NCBI GenBank assembly: GCA_951406725.2
Contig: OX597815.1
Location: 109,058,001 to 109,122,000 of the forward strand
Reading direction: 5' to 3'
DNA from: Octopus vulgaris
Lineage: Eukaryota
DNA length: 64,000 bases
Positions 26,746-40,809 of this stretch are shown in pieces; position 1 is the first letter of the stretch; each line of letters opens with the position of its first letter. The notes under the pieces were generated by a model. It was not told where the DNA came from, did no database searches, and saw nothing but the letters and a program-made list of their open reading frames with translations. The position numbers and the translations under genes are program-made.

Positions 26746-29700
26746 TTAAACTGGGTTTCTGACACCCACCTTTTTCGCCACTTCCTTCCATCTTTTTTCA
26801 TACACACCTCGTGGTAAGGTCTTCTTTTCTAGCCCCATTTTGCTCTTCCGATGATATCTGAAGTAAGTGAGCAAGCCGGGACCTGAGACAAAGGATCCTA
26901 TTGCGACTCCTTCTATTCTTGTACGCCACATGCATTCTTTTACTACTGCAACCGTGCAGTGAAAACTTGCCTCACCTTCCTTCGAGAGTCCAGTTGGCGG
27001 TATCATCTTAATCATAGACTCAGCCGACAGCTGTACTCGTCCCAGATGCGATAACACGTGTTCTGCGTAACTTATCAAGTCTGACAACTGCCGACAGTGT
27101 ATAAAAGCGTGCTGGACGGTTTCATCGTCCAACCCGCATCTTGAACATGTCGGTGGCACTGAAATTTCGTGCCGCGATAACTTCTCGCGAACAGGTAAAG
27201 CATTCCTATAACACTGCCAGGCCAGGGATCTTTGGAAATTATCCAAATACCCCGTCCTGAAAGTCTTTTTAAACAGGTTGGTAAGCTGGTCTTCGTCGAA
27301 CCCCAGAGCCCCTCCTAGAACGTCGTCGTTCTTTGCCTCTACTAGCCTGCTATAAAATACCGAGGTGGTATTTCCGCAGCCGGCCTTGCTCGCCTTGTGG
27401 ATCAGCGTGAGTGCCTGTCGACACTCCTTTTGCCATAAAGTCAGATTCCGTCTTTTGATGTAACCGGGTTTAAAATTCACTAAGGAAGCCGGTCTCGGGA
27501 AAAATTCCCCTGCCAGCGGACTCCACACCTTATCACCCTCCAGGTGGTGCCAGAGATGCTTCAGCCTCAGCGCATGTTTGCGCATCATCAACCAAGGCAT
27601 TCCTAACCCACCCTTTAACGGTTCCTGGCAGCAAACGGAGCGCCTCACAAGTGGCTTTCCTCCCTTCCACAAAAAGCGGAAAAGGATTCGCTCCAACTTG
27701 CTAAGCCATGAATCGGGGCAAGGGACAACGGTCAGGCGGTAAGTGATTACAGATGCAATAAACATCTGTACCACCTCCGCCCTTCCTTTCAAGGACAGAA
27801 ACCTTCCGGACCAGGTCCGTACTATGGTCTCCAATTCCTCCAATTCCTCTCCGTTTGGGAGTCTGGCCCAAACCAAACTCCTAGCAACTTAACAGGACCA
27901 ATTGTCTGGTGTCCCACGGCACTGGACGATATCGACTTGCTCCTCCAGGTGCCGAGGCGCAAGCCAATCGACTTGTCCTTGTTAACTTTTGCTCCTGCCA
28001 CCGCCTCGTATCCTCTGATAGCATCTTCTACACAAAGTAGCTGAGCCTCATTGGACACGATGAGGGTGACGTCATCCGCATAAGCAGAAACCGTCCTCCT
28101 GCCTCCGATCTCATCCGGATTACTTCCCAGCCTCTCCAACTTTCGCAGCAATGGCTCGAGAGCCAACACGTACAAAAGTGGTGACAATGGGCACCCTTGA
28201 CGAACTGAACATTCAATCGAAAACGGTTCCGTTAGGTAACCGTTTATCTGGACGGTGGACTTGATGCCGCTATACATTGCGGAGATCCACCCGCGAAATT
28301 CAGGGCCTAGTCCAGCCGCTTCGAGGACCGTCGCCAGGTACTTATGGTCTACTCTATCGAACGCTTTACTTTGGTCTAAATGGACCATTACCCCGCCCTT
28401 GCCGGTTAATTTACCCACACTATCTAAGGTGTAGCGTATAAGGTGAAGATTGTCCTGTCTCGACCTGCCTGGAATTGCACATGTCTGTGCTTTCCCTACA
28501 AGTTTCTCCACGACAGTCGTCAACCTTTTTGCCAACACCTTGGCCAAAATCTTTAACTCTACATTAAGTAGAGTTATGGGCCTGTAATTACTAATGTTAT
28601 CCCCCTTGCTCGGGTCTTTCTTGATTAGCGTCACCACTCCCCGGCTTACAGAACTGGGAATTCTCCCGTTCTGCTGCCAGTTCGCGTAGACGCCTGCCAG
28701 TATTCCCCCGAACAAGTCCGGCATACTTTGATAAAACTCGTAGGGCAGACCATCCAGCCCCGGCGACTTCTCCCCGGCGCATCCGGCCAGTACCCCCTCT
28801 ATCTCCGCGGGAGTGATCGCTCCTTCACAGCACTCCACCTCACGTCCCGCGAGCCGCGGTCCGCCGGCTAGGAAGTCCTTTAAGGCCCTCCCCCGATCCA
28901 GCGAACCACCACCCCCGAACGCGCGGGCGAAATGCTGATGAAGAAACTTTTGCATCTCCTCCAGTCCATAGATCTTGTGTCCCTGTTCGTCAGTTAAAGA
29001 CTTGATTGAAGCTTTGTTGCCTCTCTGACTCTCCACTCGACGGGCCCATCCGGCAACGTTAATACCTTCTCGTTTCCCTGCGCGTCGCTTAGCTCTAACT
29101 CTGCAACCTTCGTGTTTGGAGTTAAGGTGATGGTACAATACCGTCCTTGCCGCCATCACTCCGGATGCAGAGCCAGATTCCATTGCCTCGTTTAGATTCT
29201 TAACTAAATCGTCCTCTGTCCTAAACCTATCTAACCTTAGCTGATTGCTAAATCTAATGAACTCTGAACGAATGGCTCTTTTGAGGGAGTGCCACCATCT
29301 ATTGTTAATGATGGTGCCACATAATGCCCTCTGTACTAACACCTTAATCCGGGTACGGAAGTCTTCACAATTCAAAATAGACTTGTTCAGCTTCCAGTAC
29401 CCGGGTCCCTGTTTATGACACTTATCTAATTGCACCCTACAAGTCACAAAATTGTGATCCGTGTAAGGCACAATGTGAAACTGTGGACAACTAAACGTAT
29501 CCTTATCTCTTTTCCTAACGAATATCCTATCTATATACGATCTGCGTGAGCCGTCGTTGTTACTCCACGTCCACTGTGGAACGCTCGGCTCATCCAGTCG
29601 ATAACGGTCTACTAGATTAAAGCTCTCTAGTAGACCCTTGAGGCTAGGGTTCCCCTTCCTATTGGCTGAGCCAACACTGTCGACCCGCGCTTCGAGGACA

Positions 29701-30109
29701 GTGTTAAAGTCGTCGTTTTCGACGTCACTAAAAAGTGCTCCAGATTCCGAAAAAAACCCGCCTGCCTATTCTCATTCGGAGCGTAGACAGCTACCAATCA
29801 GAAGGACTGTTTACTTACGTGAGTTACATCCAGAACGACCAGCCTGCCTTCTGGGTCCAGAAAGACAGTACTTAACAGCAAGTCCAAGCTCTTCCTGATA
29901 AGGACTGCCATGTCCCTTCCTCTTCCTCGGCTAGGAGAAATAAATTTCTCGAAACCATTTAGAAGAGGCGAGAACGCTTGGGCCCCGTTCATCTTGGACT
30001 CGGTTACAATAGCTACGTCCACTCCGTGTGTCGTGAGGTCGTTCAGGAGATAAATTTGTTTCCATTTCGACCCCGTTCCACGCACATTCACACAACCCAG
30101 CTTTGCCAT
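26746..30109 (-). pseudogene. LINE ORF2 (APE endonuclease, reverse transcriptase, zf-RVT-like), frameshifted
   Basis: NVRG, TE, DRI and TDH (APE); GYWKLN; SPGLDG, YRPITLLN, DQSKAFDRVDH, VRQGCPLSPLLY and YADD (RT); GGLG; CSRCGLDDETVQHAFIHC; frame breaks near 29800-29640 and ~27830. Confidence 0.9.
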
Positions 30110-30312
30110 TGTCGGAGAGAGAGAAAAAAAAAACTTACGGTTGGGACAGGGAGCATGACAGTTTAAATCTGCATGCTTCCCCTTCTTCCTCCCTTGTGGT
30201 CGTAGCTGCAGGGCTCTTAACCGGCGTTGCCATCGGGCTCTGGGTAGGTGTGGTTGCCGGGGTTATTGTAAGTTTACCCTCCAGTATTTCGTTAGTAACG
30301 TCTCTGATAAGG

Positions 30313-31363
30313 TTATTTTTTAAATGTTCTTGGAGTGTTTGACTTAGTGTCTGCAGACTTACTGAATAATTTCAGTTTTGAAATTTTAAAATACTTGAAC
30401 ACTCTATCATTTTTCTCGTCGAATGCTACAACCTTTTCATTTTTTTTAATCAATTTTTTCCAATCTTGTTTTATGGGGAGGGGCTTGGCGAACTGTGTTC
30501 CAATGAATATAGTGCCGTGGGGGTAGGGCTGGGGAATTTGTTTTGTATGTATGTCTGCGGTGTTTGCTGATTTTTTCTTTGTTTGGGGAGGGGAGTCCAG
30601 GGTATTTTCTTTTTTTCTTTTGTGTGTCACCTGTGTAAATTCCATTTGTTCATTTTTATCTTCCGTTTCGATTCCCTTCCTTGTCGCAGTCTTGGGGTCT
30701 TTTTCTGTGTTTGAAGCACTTTGAGGAGGGGCTTCGCTGTTTTTCTTTTTTTTATGCAGTTCGAGCGGACGTGATCCTTTTCACCACATTTGAAACACCT
30801 AGGTCTGCGCCCCTCCACTGACACTCTCATTGTAATTCCCTCCTCAATAAATACCCTATCGGGTAAGTTTTCTAGCACATTATTTTCTGCTTGAACGAGG
30901 AGTTTGAGCGCTTGTCCCTTCCAGTTTACCTTTTCATCTGCAGAATTGAGACTTTCTGCTCTACGTCGTGCAGAACCGCCGCTGCTACCCACATTATATC
31001 ATATCCTCTTGGAATGTCTTCCACATATAGTTTCGCAGTTCTTTTTCCCATATATGTAGGTAGTAACATGATGTCCTCACTTTTTAAGGTCATCGATGAA
31101 ATCTCTCTTGCCACATCAGCCGAGTCGAAATGTGCTTCAACGGTAGCGCTGCGGGCACCTCGACCGACGTAGCGAATTTTGCTCCACACCGGGGACAAAC
31201 ACTTCTCTACTATTTCGTTCTTCACGTCCATTATTTTTTTCTCTTTGTTACTGTAAACCTTGTATACGACTGTCTTAGCCTTTATATCCTGTAATATCGC
31301 TTGCGGCGGTACCAGTTTAATTTCGTTGCCTTCCTTTTCTACCAAGTTCCGGTATTCGAACAA
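30313..31363 (-). pseudogene. LINE ORF1 (gag-like, zinc knuckle), frameshifted
   Basis: Three overlapping frames; VEGRRPRCFKCGEKDHVRSNC CCHC knuckle typical of Tx1 ORF1. Confidence 0.85.
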
Positions 31364-31907
31364 CTGTTTCTACTTCCGTTATGGTTCCGCCCACTGCGGC
31401 CGAAAAAGACTGTTTTTTAACCTCGATATCCTTCTGTTCGCCTTTTCCCATCACGGGAAAGTCGCTCCTCGACGCCAAGTCGAACTCCATTTCTCAAATT
31501 ATGAGAACCAATTTTTCAATAAAAAAAAATTACCCCGAAGGTAATAACAATGTTTATACATAGAATTTTCAGCCCCGTAGGGCGAAAATTACTGTCACAC
31601 AACGGACAACTGTTCAATTCACGAGCAAACACAAACAACGACGAACAAAAAACGAACTCACTCAACAAAATAGGCAGCTAACTTCTCAATACGCAGATGA
31701 AAGAGGGGTCCCTAGACGAGTCAAAACACCGGTTTTCGATGAAAGGAGTTCCCAATGCAAATATTAATATCCTTTTTCCAGTAACTATTCGTCACTGATC
31801 TTGAAAATGTGTATACAAGCAATAATTAATCTCTGAACGAGGTATAAACAGTAACTGCACGACAATGTGAGGTATATTTGCCAGTGAGGTATATTGCCGG
31901 TGATTGT

Positions 31908-31952
31908 CGTACGCTGATGACGGGTCAAGACCCAGAAACTGCGGTCCGTGCG
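31908..31952 (+). ncRNA. Type-I hammerhead ribozyme, monomer copy
   Basis: Identical to 26022-26066. Confidence 0.8.
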
Positions 31953-32250
31953 TATCACTTAGGTTGACGAGGGAAGGATGATCTCCCTTTGCAAATAACG
32001 AAAGGGCACAGAAAGTGTGCCTAAAGCCAGCTGGAGAAGATGTTCTCCTGGGGCTACGAGCTACAGAAAAACCCACCCTTAGTGGTTAGCCATATAGAGA
32101 TGGCAAATATACCTGTCGTGCAGTTACTGTTTATACCTCGTTCAGAGATTTATTATTGGATATATATTTGTTGTGCTATAATTGCAACACTACATATCAC
32201 AGACTGTTTCTGATATAAACAAAATTTATCGTATTTCTTTCAACTTACAG

Positions 32251-32361
32251 GTTGCATGATGAATGGGATTTGCCAGGTATATGGAACAAGAATAGAATCA
32301 GCTTCACGTTGCGTGCAATACATTTGTGAAGAAAGAGGGAATGTGCGACGTGAAGTGACCG
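32251..32361 (+). CDS. Gene B module exon 1: (G)CMMNGICQVYGTRIESASRCVQYICEERGNVRREVT
   Basis: atttctttcaacttacAG acceptor, G|GTAGGT donor; 111 nt, phase 1-1; aligns with gene A exon 929 (NGxCQxxGTRIxSxxxCVxxIC). Confidence 0.88.
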
Positions 32362-32995
32362 GTAGGTTTGTACGGATATTGTCTTTCAAAACTTTTATCA
32401 TAAAACGCATGCGATAATTTGCAACAATAGATTAATACTTCAAGAAAAACAATATTAGAAGCAATATTCATCCTCTTAATGTAAGACGGCGAACTGGCAG
32501 ATTCGTTAGCACACCAGGCCAAATGCTTAGAGGCATTTCGCACATCTTAATGTGTCGAGTCCAAAGTCGACCTTGGTTTGTTTTGTTTTCTTTTTTGTTG
32601 TTGTTGTTGTTTTCGTGGTCGGTAAAATGAATACCTTTTACACTCTGAAGTAGATATATTCGACTTACTCCTCCGCCAAAACTTATAACCTTGTGCCAAA
32701 ATCTGAAAACGATATTCATTGATTGATAAGATATTTTACTATTTGTATGGGGCAGTCTATCGCATAATCAGCCGGAACATTGAACAAAAGTCATTTACTA
32801 AGTACAGTAATGTTCGGTTCCGCGCTGACATCATTTTCGTCTTTGTCTATATCCTCATATAGAAATACGTAGTATGTTATAAACATTTTCTTGTGCTACA
32901 CATTTGCTACATACAAAGTAATGTTATATATTCGAAGTAATGTTCATGAGTAATTCAGCATTTCATCAATGATTTTATTTTGCTTTTTACACATA

Positions 32996-33940
32996 AGGCG
33001 CAGGAGTAGCTGTGTGGTAAGTAGCTTGGTTACCAACCACATGGTTCCTGGTTCAGTCTCACTGCGTGGTACCTTGGGCGAGTGTCTTCTACTATAGCCT
33101 AGGGCTGACCAAAGCCTTGTGAGTGGATTTGGTAGACGGAAACGGAAAAAAGCTCGTCGCATACATATATATCTATATGTGTGCGTGTTTCTGTCTGTGT
33201 GTCTGTATATATATCCTGGTGTATTTCGTCCCCGTCAAATAGCGGTTCGACAAAAGAGACTGATGAAATAAGTACTAGGCTTAGAAACAATAAGATCTGC
33301 GGTCGATTTCTTCGACTAAAGGTCCCAGCATGGCCACAGCCAAATGAATGAGACAAGTAAAAGAATAAAAGCAGTGATTCATTTTCAGTTTCAACATTTC
33401 TATGCTGATGGTACCTCAAAATATTCTATTGTCAAATATAGTTAAATGTCCCATTACTATCACAGAACGTCCACAATTATTTTCTTAGTAATTTTGATGT
33501 ATGAAGGCGGCGAGCTGGCAGAAACGTTAGCACGCCGGGCTAAATGCTTATAAGTATTTAGTGTGTCTTTACGGTCTAAGTTCAAATTCCGAAGAGGTCA
33601 ACTTTGCCTTTCATCCTTTCAGTGTCGATAAATTAAGTACCAGTTGCGCACTGGAGTTGATCTAATCGACTGCTCCCCTCCCCAAACATTTTGGGCCTAG
33701 AGTAGAAAAGAATTAATTTTGATGCATAAAGGCAGCGAGTTGACAGAAACGTTAGCAAACTGGGCGAAATGCTTATCAGTATTTCGTCTGTCTTTACGTT
33801 ATGAGTTCAAATTCCGAAGAGGTCAACTTTCATCCTTTCGGTGTCGATAAACTCAGCACCAGTTGCGTACTGGGGTCAATCTAATCGATTGGCCCCCTCT
33901 TCAAAATTTCGGGCCTCATGCCTAGAGTAGAAAAGAATAA
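32996..33940 (+). mobile_element. Cluster of SINEs (two families), duplicated at 39328-40225
   Basis: AGGCGCAGGAGTAGCTGTGTGG head at 32996; GGCGGCGAGCTGGCAGAAAC heads at 33506 and 33731. Confidence 0.7.
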
Positions 33941-34975
33941 TTTTGATGTATAAGTAATTTATGTTCTTTTCGTCATATTTTATGTGTTTCTGTGTACTCG
34001 TCGCTGTGTGTGCATAAGCAGGACTTATCCCTAAGAACTTTCAATTCATCGTTTCAGATTTTTCGGAGTTAGACGAGGATTCTCTTCTTCCTCCTGCTCT
34101 TCACACACACACACACACACACATACACACAAACACTAGTCTCTGTCTATCCCTCCTCTCCTCTCTTTGTATCCCTCTCTTCCTCTCTTGCCATTTTCTT
34201 TTGTCATTCCACGAATTTTTCTGTTGCTGACCTTCACGAACAACTGAGTGTATATGTGTATGTGTGCATACGATGGCGTCAGGATGTATGCATGCACACT
34301 GTGTGTCTGTGTCAGCTAATGAATGTGTACGTGTATCGATTGCTGCATATTTGAATATGACAGCCAGCAAGTGATGAGTTAACTTTCAGTGCAACTTTGA
34401 ATTATCAAAATAATATATTTTTACAAATTCAGATATCCAGTTCGATCACGCTTACAAATTCAGATAACCAGTTCGATCACTCTTAGATCAACTCCAGTGC
34501 GCAACTGGTACTTAATTTATCGACACCGAAAGGATGAAAGGCAAAGTTGACCTCTTCGGAATTTGAACACATAACGTAAAGCGTCTCTCTCCCTCTCACT
34601 CTATCTCTGTCCTTTATTTTTCTTCCTCTACCTCTTTTTCTCTATACCACTTTATTTCTCTCGTCCTCAAACTCGATTTTGCCTGAACAGGTAAACGATG
34701 TACCGCCTATCAGGCTTCGAGGTGGATGCGAAGCAACGTGAGATGAAGTGTTTTGCTTAAGAGCACTAGGCATCATGTGATCTAGGAACTGAAATCATGA
34801 TGTTATGACTGCTAGGCCATTAGTCCCCACCACATATATATAATGTATATTGGTTTGAAATTTTAGAACGAGATTTAGGTCGAATATATTGAGCTGTGAT
34901 GTTAACTAGTACTTATTTTATTGACCTCGAAATAATAAAGGGCTCAGTCAACTTTGGTGGAGTTTACATATATAC

Positions 34976-35012
<37 letters not shown>

Positions 35013-35060
35013 AGCGTGTGAGCGCGTGTGTGTGTGCATGTATCTGTGTGTGTGCGCGTG

Positions 35061-35105
<45 letters not shown>

Positions 35106-35160
35106 GTATATATATATAATCAAAACAATTAAGATTCAAGTTAATTCCAATGAATTTACT

Positions 35161-35293
<133 letters not shown>

Positions 35294-35309
35294 GTATATA
35301 TATATATAT

Positions 35310-35965
<656 letters not shown>

Positions 35966-36034
35966 GTGCATGTGTCTGTGTGTCTGCGTATGAATGTACA
36001 GCTATAACTACATATTTGTCTTTGTATCTTCCAG

Positions 36035-36157
36035 GATGTTTTTACTCCGGTAGATGTTATCTCGCTGGTTCGATAGTTCAATTACCAGTCCGCTGTCATA
36101 AACAAACCTGCAGGAAGACATCATATGGTACATATTCCTGGGAAAAGAAAAACGTTG
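36035..36157 (+). CDS. Gene B module exon 2: (G)[40 protein letters not shown]
   Basis: tttgtctttgtatcttccAG acceptor, G|GTATGT donor; 123 nt, phase 1-1. Confidence 0.88.
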
Positions 36158-36181
36158 GTATGTTAGAATATTATTTTACAA

Positions 36182-36212
<31 letters not shown>

Positions 36213-37869
36213 CCTCTCTCACTACCCCTTACTCTGTCTGCCTCATTCTGTCTCTCTGTATTCCCTCCCTCTTTCTCTCCCCCTCTCTTTTTCAATCTGT
36301 CTGTCTGTCTGTCTCTCTCTGTCTATTTTATCTATCTATCCGTCCTTCATTCTCCACCTCTTTTTCTCTCAAACTCTTTCTCTCCGTCTCTTGTTGGTTT
36401 AGGGAGTGACATCTGAAAAGAAGGAGGACTATTTTATTTAATATATGAAAATCAGAACGGGAACTGGAAGTTGCTCAGCTTTTTAATTCATTAAACATTC
36501 TTGTCTATATTCCATTTTAAAAGAATGTTGTTTATTATATGACTGCTCATTAGATGTGTCCTATGCATGCTCACATACGTACACACACAAACACACGCCA
36601 ATATATACATATATACAAAGAAAGAGAAAGTGAAAGAGACAGACAGAGAGACAGACAGAAAGAGACAGGTAGATAGATAGATAGATAGATAGATAGATCG
36701 ATAGATATATAGATAGATAGATAGATACATACATACATACATAAATAATACATACATACATACATACATACATACATACATACATACATACATACATACA
36801 TACATACATACATTTTGTATTGTAATTCGTAGCTGACCCCTGTTATATTCGGTTCACAAGCAAGTGGAAGAGTATTTATAAAGCAAGAGATATCCCTTGG
36901 AAAGTCGGCAGCTTATGTAGACTTTATTTGCTTGTATTACCCCGTCGTTGTGGAAATGACTATCTTAGCAAACTACGTCGAAGATAAAAGCTACAGAAAA
37001 GATCTTGCCTATTTCTAGAGTTTTCAGTATCCAGTCATAGGAAATATTGTCGGACGTTTAGGAAAACAATTCAGTTAATACTTAAGCTTGTCGAGGTGCG
37101 TGGCTTAGTGGTTAGGGTGTCAGCATCATGATCGTAAGAGTTTGGTTTCGATTCCTGCAACGGGCGACGCGTTGTGTTCTTCAGCAAAACGCTTCATTTC
37201 ACGTTGCTCCAGTTCACTCAGCTGGCAAAAATGAGTAACAAAAATGATGGACTGGCGTGAGTTTATTGCTAACATTCTTTTTGGCATTCAGCTTTGAAGT
37301 CAATATTTTCCTCACTCACCGCGACTGCGCATGAGTTTATTGCCAATATTGTGTTTCTGGCATTCACCTTTGAAGCTAATATTTTTCTCACTCGCCGCAG
37401 GTACTCTCTTTTTGTTTTTCCTTCATGCCGTGGCGTTGGATTCCATATACCTTGAGGCAGGTATTTGTAGCTAGATTGAGGTTCAATTACCTTCATTTCA
37501 CCAATCTATCTTCGTAAGCTTTCTATTTCTCATCACAATCGCAACACGTTATGAGAGTCCAAACTCCTTTTGAATATCATTGGATAAAATCTGCAGACTG
37601 GACTAAACTGTTCAGTTCTTCCACGATTATTTTTTTGTATAGCTTCAGGACGTCCATGAATAGCAAGCGGCCTAGTTTTCTCTTACCTCTTTTCGAGCTT
37701 TTTGCAGAAAGCTTTTTGCTTTGAAAGATCTTCGAAAATTTGCTTCGAAGAGAGCAAACATGAAAGATGGCCACGAAATGCAAGAGTAAGGAAGGCAGTA
37801 CGGCAATTTGCACGAGGACCTCCCCGTCCTCCACACCATGATTTGCAATAGATAGCGGGAAGTAAATAC

Positions 37870-38412
37870 AGAAGAAGAAAACGAAAAAGAAGAAGAAAAA
37901 GAAGAAGGAAAAAAGGAGAAGAAGAAGAAGAAGAAGAAGAAGAAGAAATGAAAGAAAAAGAAGGAAAAAAGGAGAAGAAGAAGAAGGAAAAAAAGGAGAA
38001 GAAGAAAGAAAGAAATGAAAGAAAAAGAAGGAGGAAAAAGGAGAAGAAGAAAAAGAAGGGAAAAAAGGAGAAGTAGAAGAAAGAAGGAAAGAAAGAAAGA
38101 AAAAGAAGAAGGAAAAAAGGAGAAGAAGTAGAAGAAGAAGAAGAAGAAGAAGTAGAAGAAGAAGAAGGAAAAAGAAGGGAAAAAAGGAGAAGAAGTAGAA
38201 GAAGAAGAAGAAGAAGAAGAAGAAGAAGAAGAAGAAGAAGAAGAAGAAGAAGAAGAAGGAAAAAGAAGGGAAAAAAGGAGACGAAGAAGAAGAAGAAAGA
38301 AAAAGAAGAAGTGGTAGAAGAAGAAGCAAAAACAGAAGAAGAAAAACTTAAAGAAGAAGAAGAAAAAGAAGAAAAAGTTGAAGAAGAGGAAGCAGAAGAA
38401 GAAGAAGAAGAA
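37870..38412. repeat. (GAA)n-rich purine tract
   Basis: Direct reading; paralogous tracts at 44565-44990 and 48511-48803. Confidence 0.95.
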
Positions 38413-38770
38413 AATGGTTTGGAAGCCTTTCTAGGGACGTCTCTCTCTGTAGTATTAATTAGCGATTAGGAACATCATTTTGGTTGCATGTGTGCATTGG
38501 GTGGGGCTAGTGGAGAAGAAAGCTGCGGAATCCTCCTTAGTCGTTTCCAGCTGGCGAACAGTATTTCCCGAATACTCCAATCTGGACATGGGCAAACAGC
38601 ATCGGATCATGCAAGCGAAATATATTGCTAATGCTTAGCAGTATTTCGTCTGTCTTTACGTTATGAGTTCAAATTCCGAAGAGGTCAACTTTGCCTTTCA
38701 TCCTTTCGGTGTCGAAAAACTCAGCACCTGTTGCGTACCGAGGTCAATCTAATCGACACACCCCTCCTAT

Positions 38771-39125
38771 ATTATTGCTTGTATGCACTTTTTCAAGATC
38801 AGTGACGAATAGTTACTGGAAAAAGGTTATTAATATTTGTATTGGGAACTCCTTTCATCAAAAACAGGTGATTGTCGTACGCTGATAACGGGTCAAGAAC
38901 CAGAAACTGCGGTCCGTGCGTATCACATAGTTGACGAGGGAAGGATGATCTCCCTTTGCAAATGACGAAAGGGCACAGAAAGTGTGCCTAAAGCCAGCTG
39001 GAGAAGATGTTCTCCTGGGGCTACAAGCTACAGTAACACCCACCCTTAGTGGTTAGCCATATAGAGATGGCAAATATACCTGTCGTGCAGTTACTGTTTA
39101 TACCTCGTTCAGTGATTTAGTATTG
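38771..39125 (+). mobile_element. Complete ~348-nt hammerhead monomer (retrozyme/pLTR-like), empty of LINE
   Basis: Begins attattg and ends agtattg (one circularly permuted unit); empty target ATCAAAAACAGGTG at 38857-38870; hammerhead 38876-38920 with mutated core CTGATAA. Confidence 0.8.
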
Positions 39126-40459
39126 GATATAAGTGCAGTAATGCTTGGGTTCCGCGCTGACATCATTTTCGTCTTTGTCTATATACTCCTATAGAAATAC
39201 GTAGTATGTTATAAACATTTTCTTGTGCTACACATTTGCTATATACAAAGTAATGTTATATATTCGAAGTAATGTTCATGAGTAATTCAGCATTTCATCA
39301 ATGATTTTATTTTGCTTTTTACACATAAGGCGCAGGAGTAGCTGTGTGGTAAGTAGCTTAGTTACCAACCACATGGTTCCTAGTTCAGTCTCACTGCGTG
39401 GCAACTTGGGCAAGTGTCTTCTACTATAGCCTAGGGCTGACCAAAGCCTTGTGAGTGGATTTGGTAGACGGAAACTGAAAAAAGCTCGTCGCATACATAT
39501 ATATCTATATGTGTGCGTGTTTCTGTCTGTGTGTTCTGTATATATATCACCCACCATCACTTGACAACTGATCCTGGTGTATTTCGTCCCCGTCAAATAG
39601 CGGTTCGACAAAAGAGACTGATGAAATAAGTACTAGGCTTAGAAACATTAAAACCTGCGGTCGATTTCTTCGACTAAAGGTCCCAGCATGGCCACAGCCA
39701 AATGGAATGAGACAAGTAAAAGAATAAAAGCAGTGATTCATTTTCAGTTTCAACATTTCTATGCTGATGGTACCTCAAAATATTCTATTGTCAAATATAG
39801 TTAAATGTCCCATTACTATCACAGAACGTCCACAATTATTTTCTTAGTAATTTTGATGTATGAAGGCGGCGAGCTGGCAGAAACGTTAGCACGCCGGGCT
39901 AAATGCTTATAAGTATTTAGTGTGTCTTTACGGTCTAAGTTCAAATTCCGAAGAGGTCAACTTTGCCTTTCATCCTTTCAATGTCGATAAATTAAGCACC
40001 AGTTGCGCACTGGAGTTGATCTAATCGACTGCTCCCCTCCCCAAAAATTTCGGGCCTAGAGAAGAAAAGAATTAATTTTGATGCATAAAGGCAGCGAGTT
40101 GACAGAAACGTTAGCAAACTGGGCGAGATGCTTATCAGTATTTCGTCTGTCTTTACGTTATGTGTTCAAATTCCGAAGAGGTCAACTTTGCCTTTCATCC
40201 TTTCGGTGTCGATAAACTCAACACCATTTATGTATATTGGTTTGAAATTTTAGAACGAGATTTAGGTCGAATATATTGAGCTCTGTTGTTAACTAGTACT
40301 TATTTTATTGAACTCGAAATAATAAAGGGCTCAGTCAACTTTGGTGGAGTTTACATATATACATATATATATGTGTGTGTGTGTATCTGTGTGTGTGTTT
40401 GTGAGTGTGTGTGTGTGTCTGTGTGTGTGTATGTGTGTGTGCGCATGTGTGTATGTATA

Positions 40460-40528
<69 letters not shown>

Positions 40529-40702
40529 TCAATATATTGATTAATTATGAATTTTCTGGTTAATTCCGTAATGGAATCGGCGGCTTATATTTATTTGCTG
40601 CCGATAAATTTGCGCGAGTGCGACGATTTGAAAATTTTAGGTCAGATATTGACGAGGTAGCAACGAGAATGCCTCGTGAAAAATATCTGTTCCGGCTTGG
40701 CT

Positions 40703-40809
40703 ATTTCTTACTGATGAATCTAAGGGCCTATGGTAGATTGGCTTGATTTAATTTAATCAGGTTAGTTTTCCATTAAACAGTAGATGAAACGGTGCATCGT
40801 CTAAGAAAT
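40703..40809 (+). ncRNA. Type-I hammerhead ribozyme in insert 40520-40930
   Basis: atttctta-CTGATGA-atcta...tagat-GAAAC-ggtgcatc-GTC-taagaaat: perfect 8-bp stem I, stem II with long hairpin extension, GUC cleavage site after 40801. Confidence 0.85.

Larger units (their letters stand above)
26495..31726 (-). mobile_element. Near full-length Tx1/L1-clade non-LTR retrotransposon, 5.2 kb
   Basis: 14-bp TSD (CACCGGTTTTCGAT on +) at 26481-26494 and 31727-31740; ORF1 with CCHC knuckle; ORF2 with APE, RT and C-terminal Zn motif. Confidence 0.92.
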
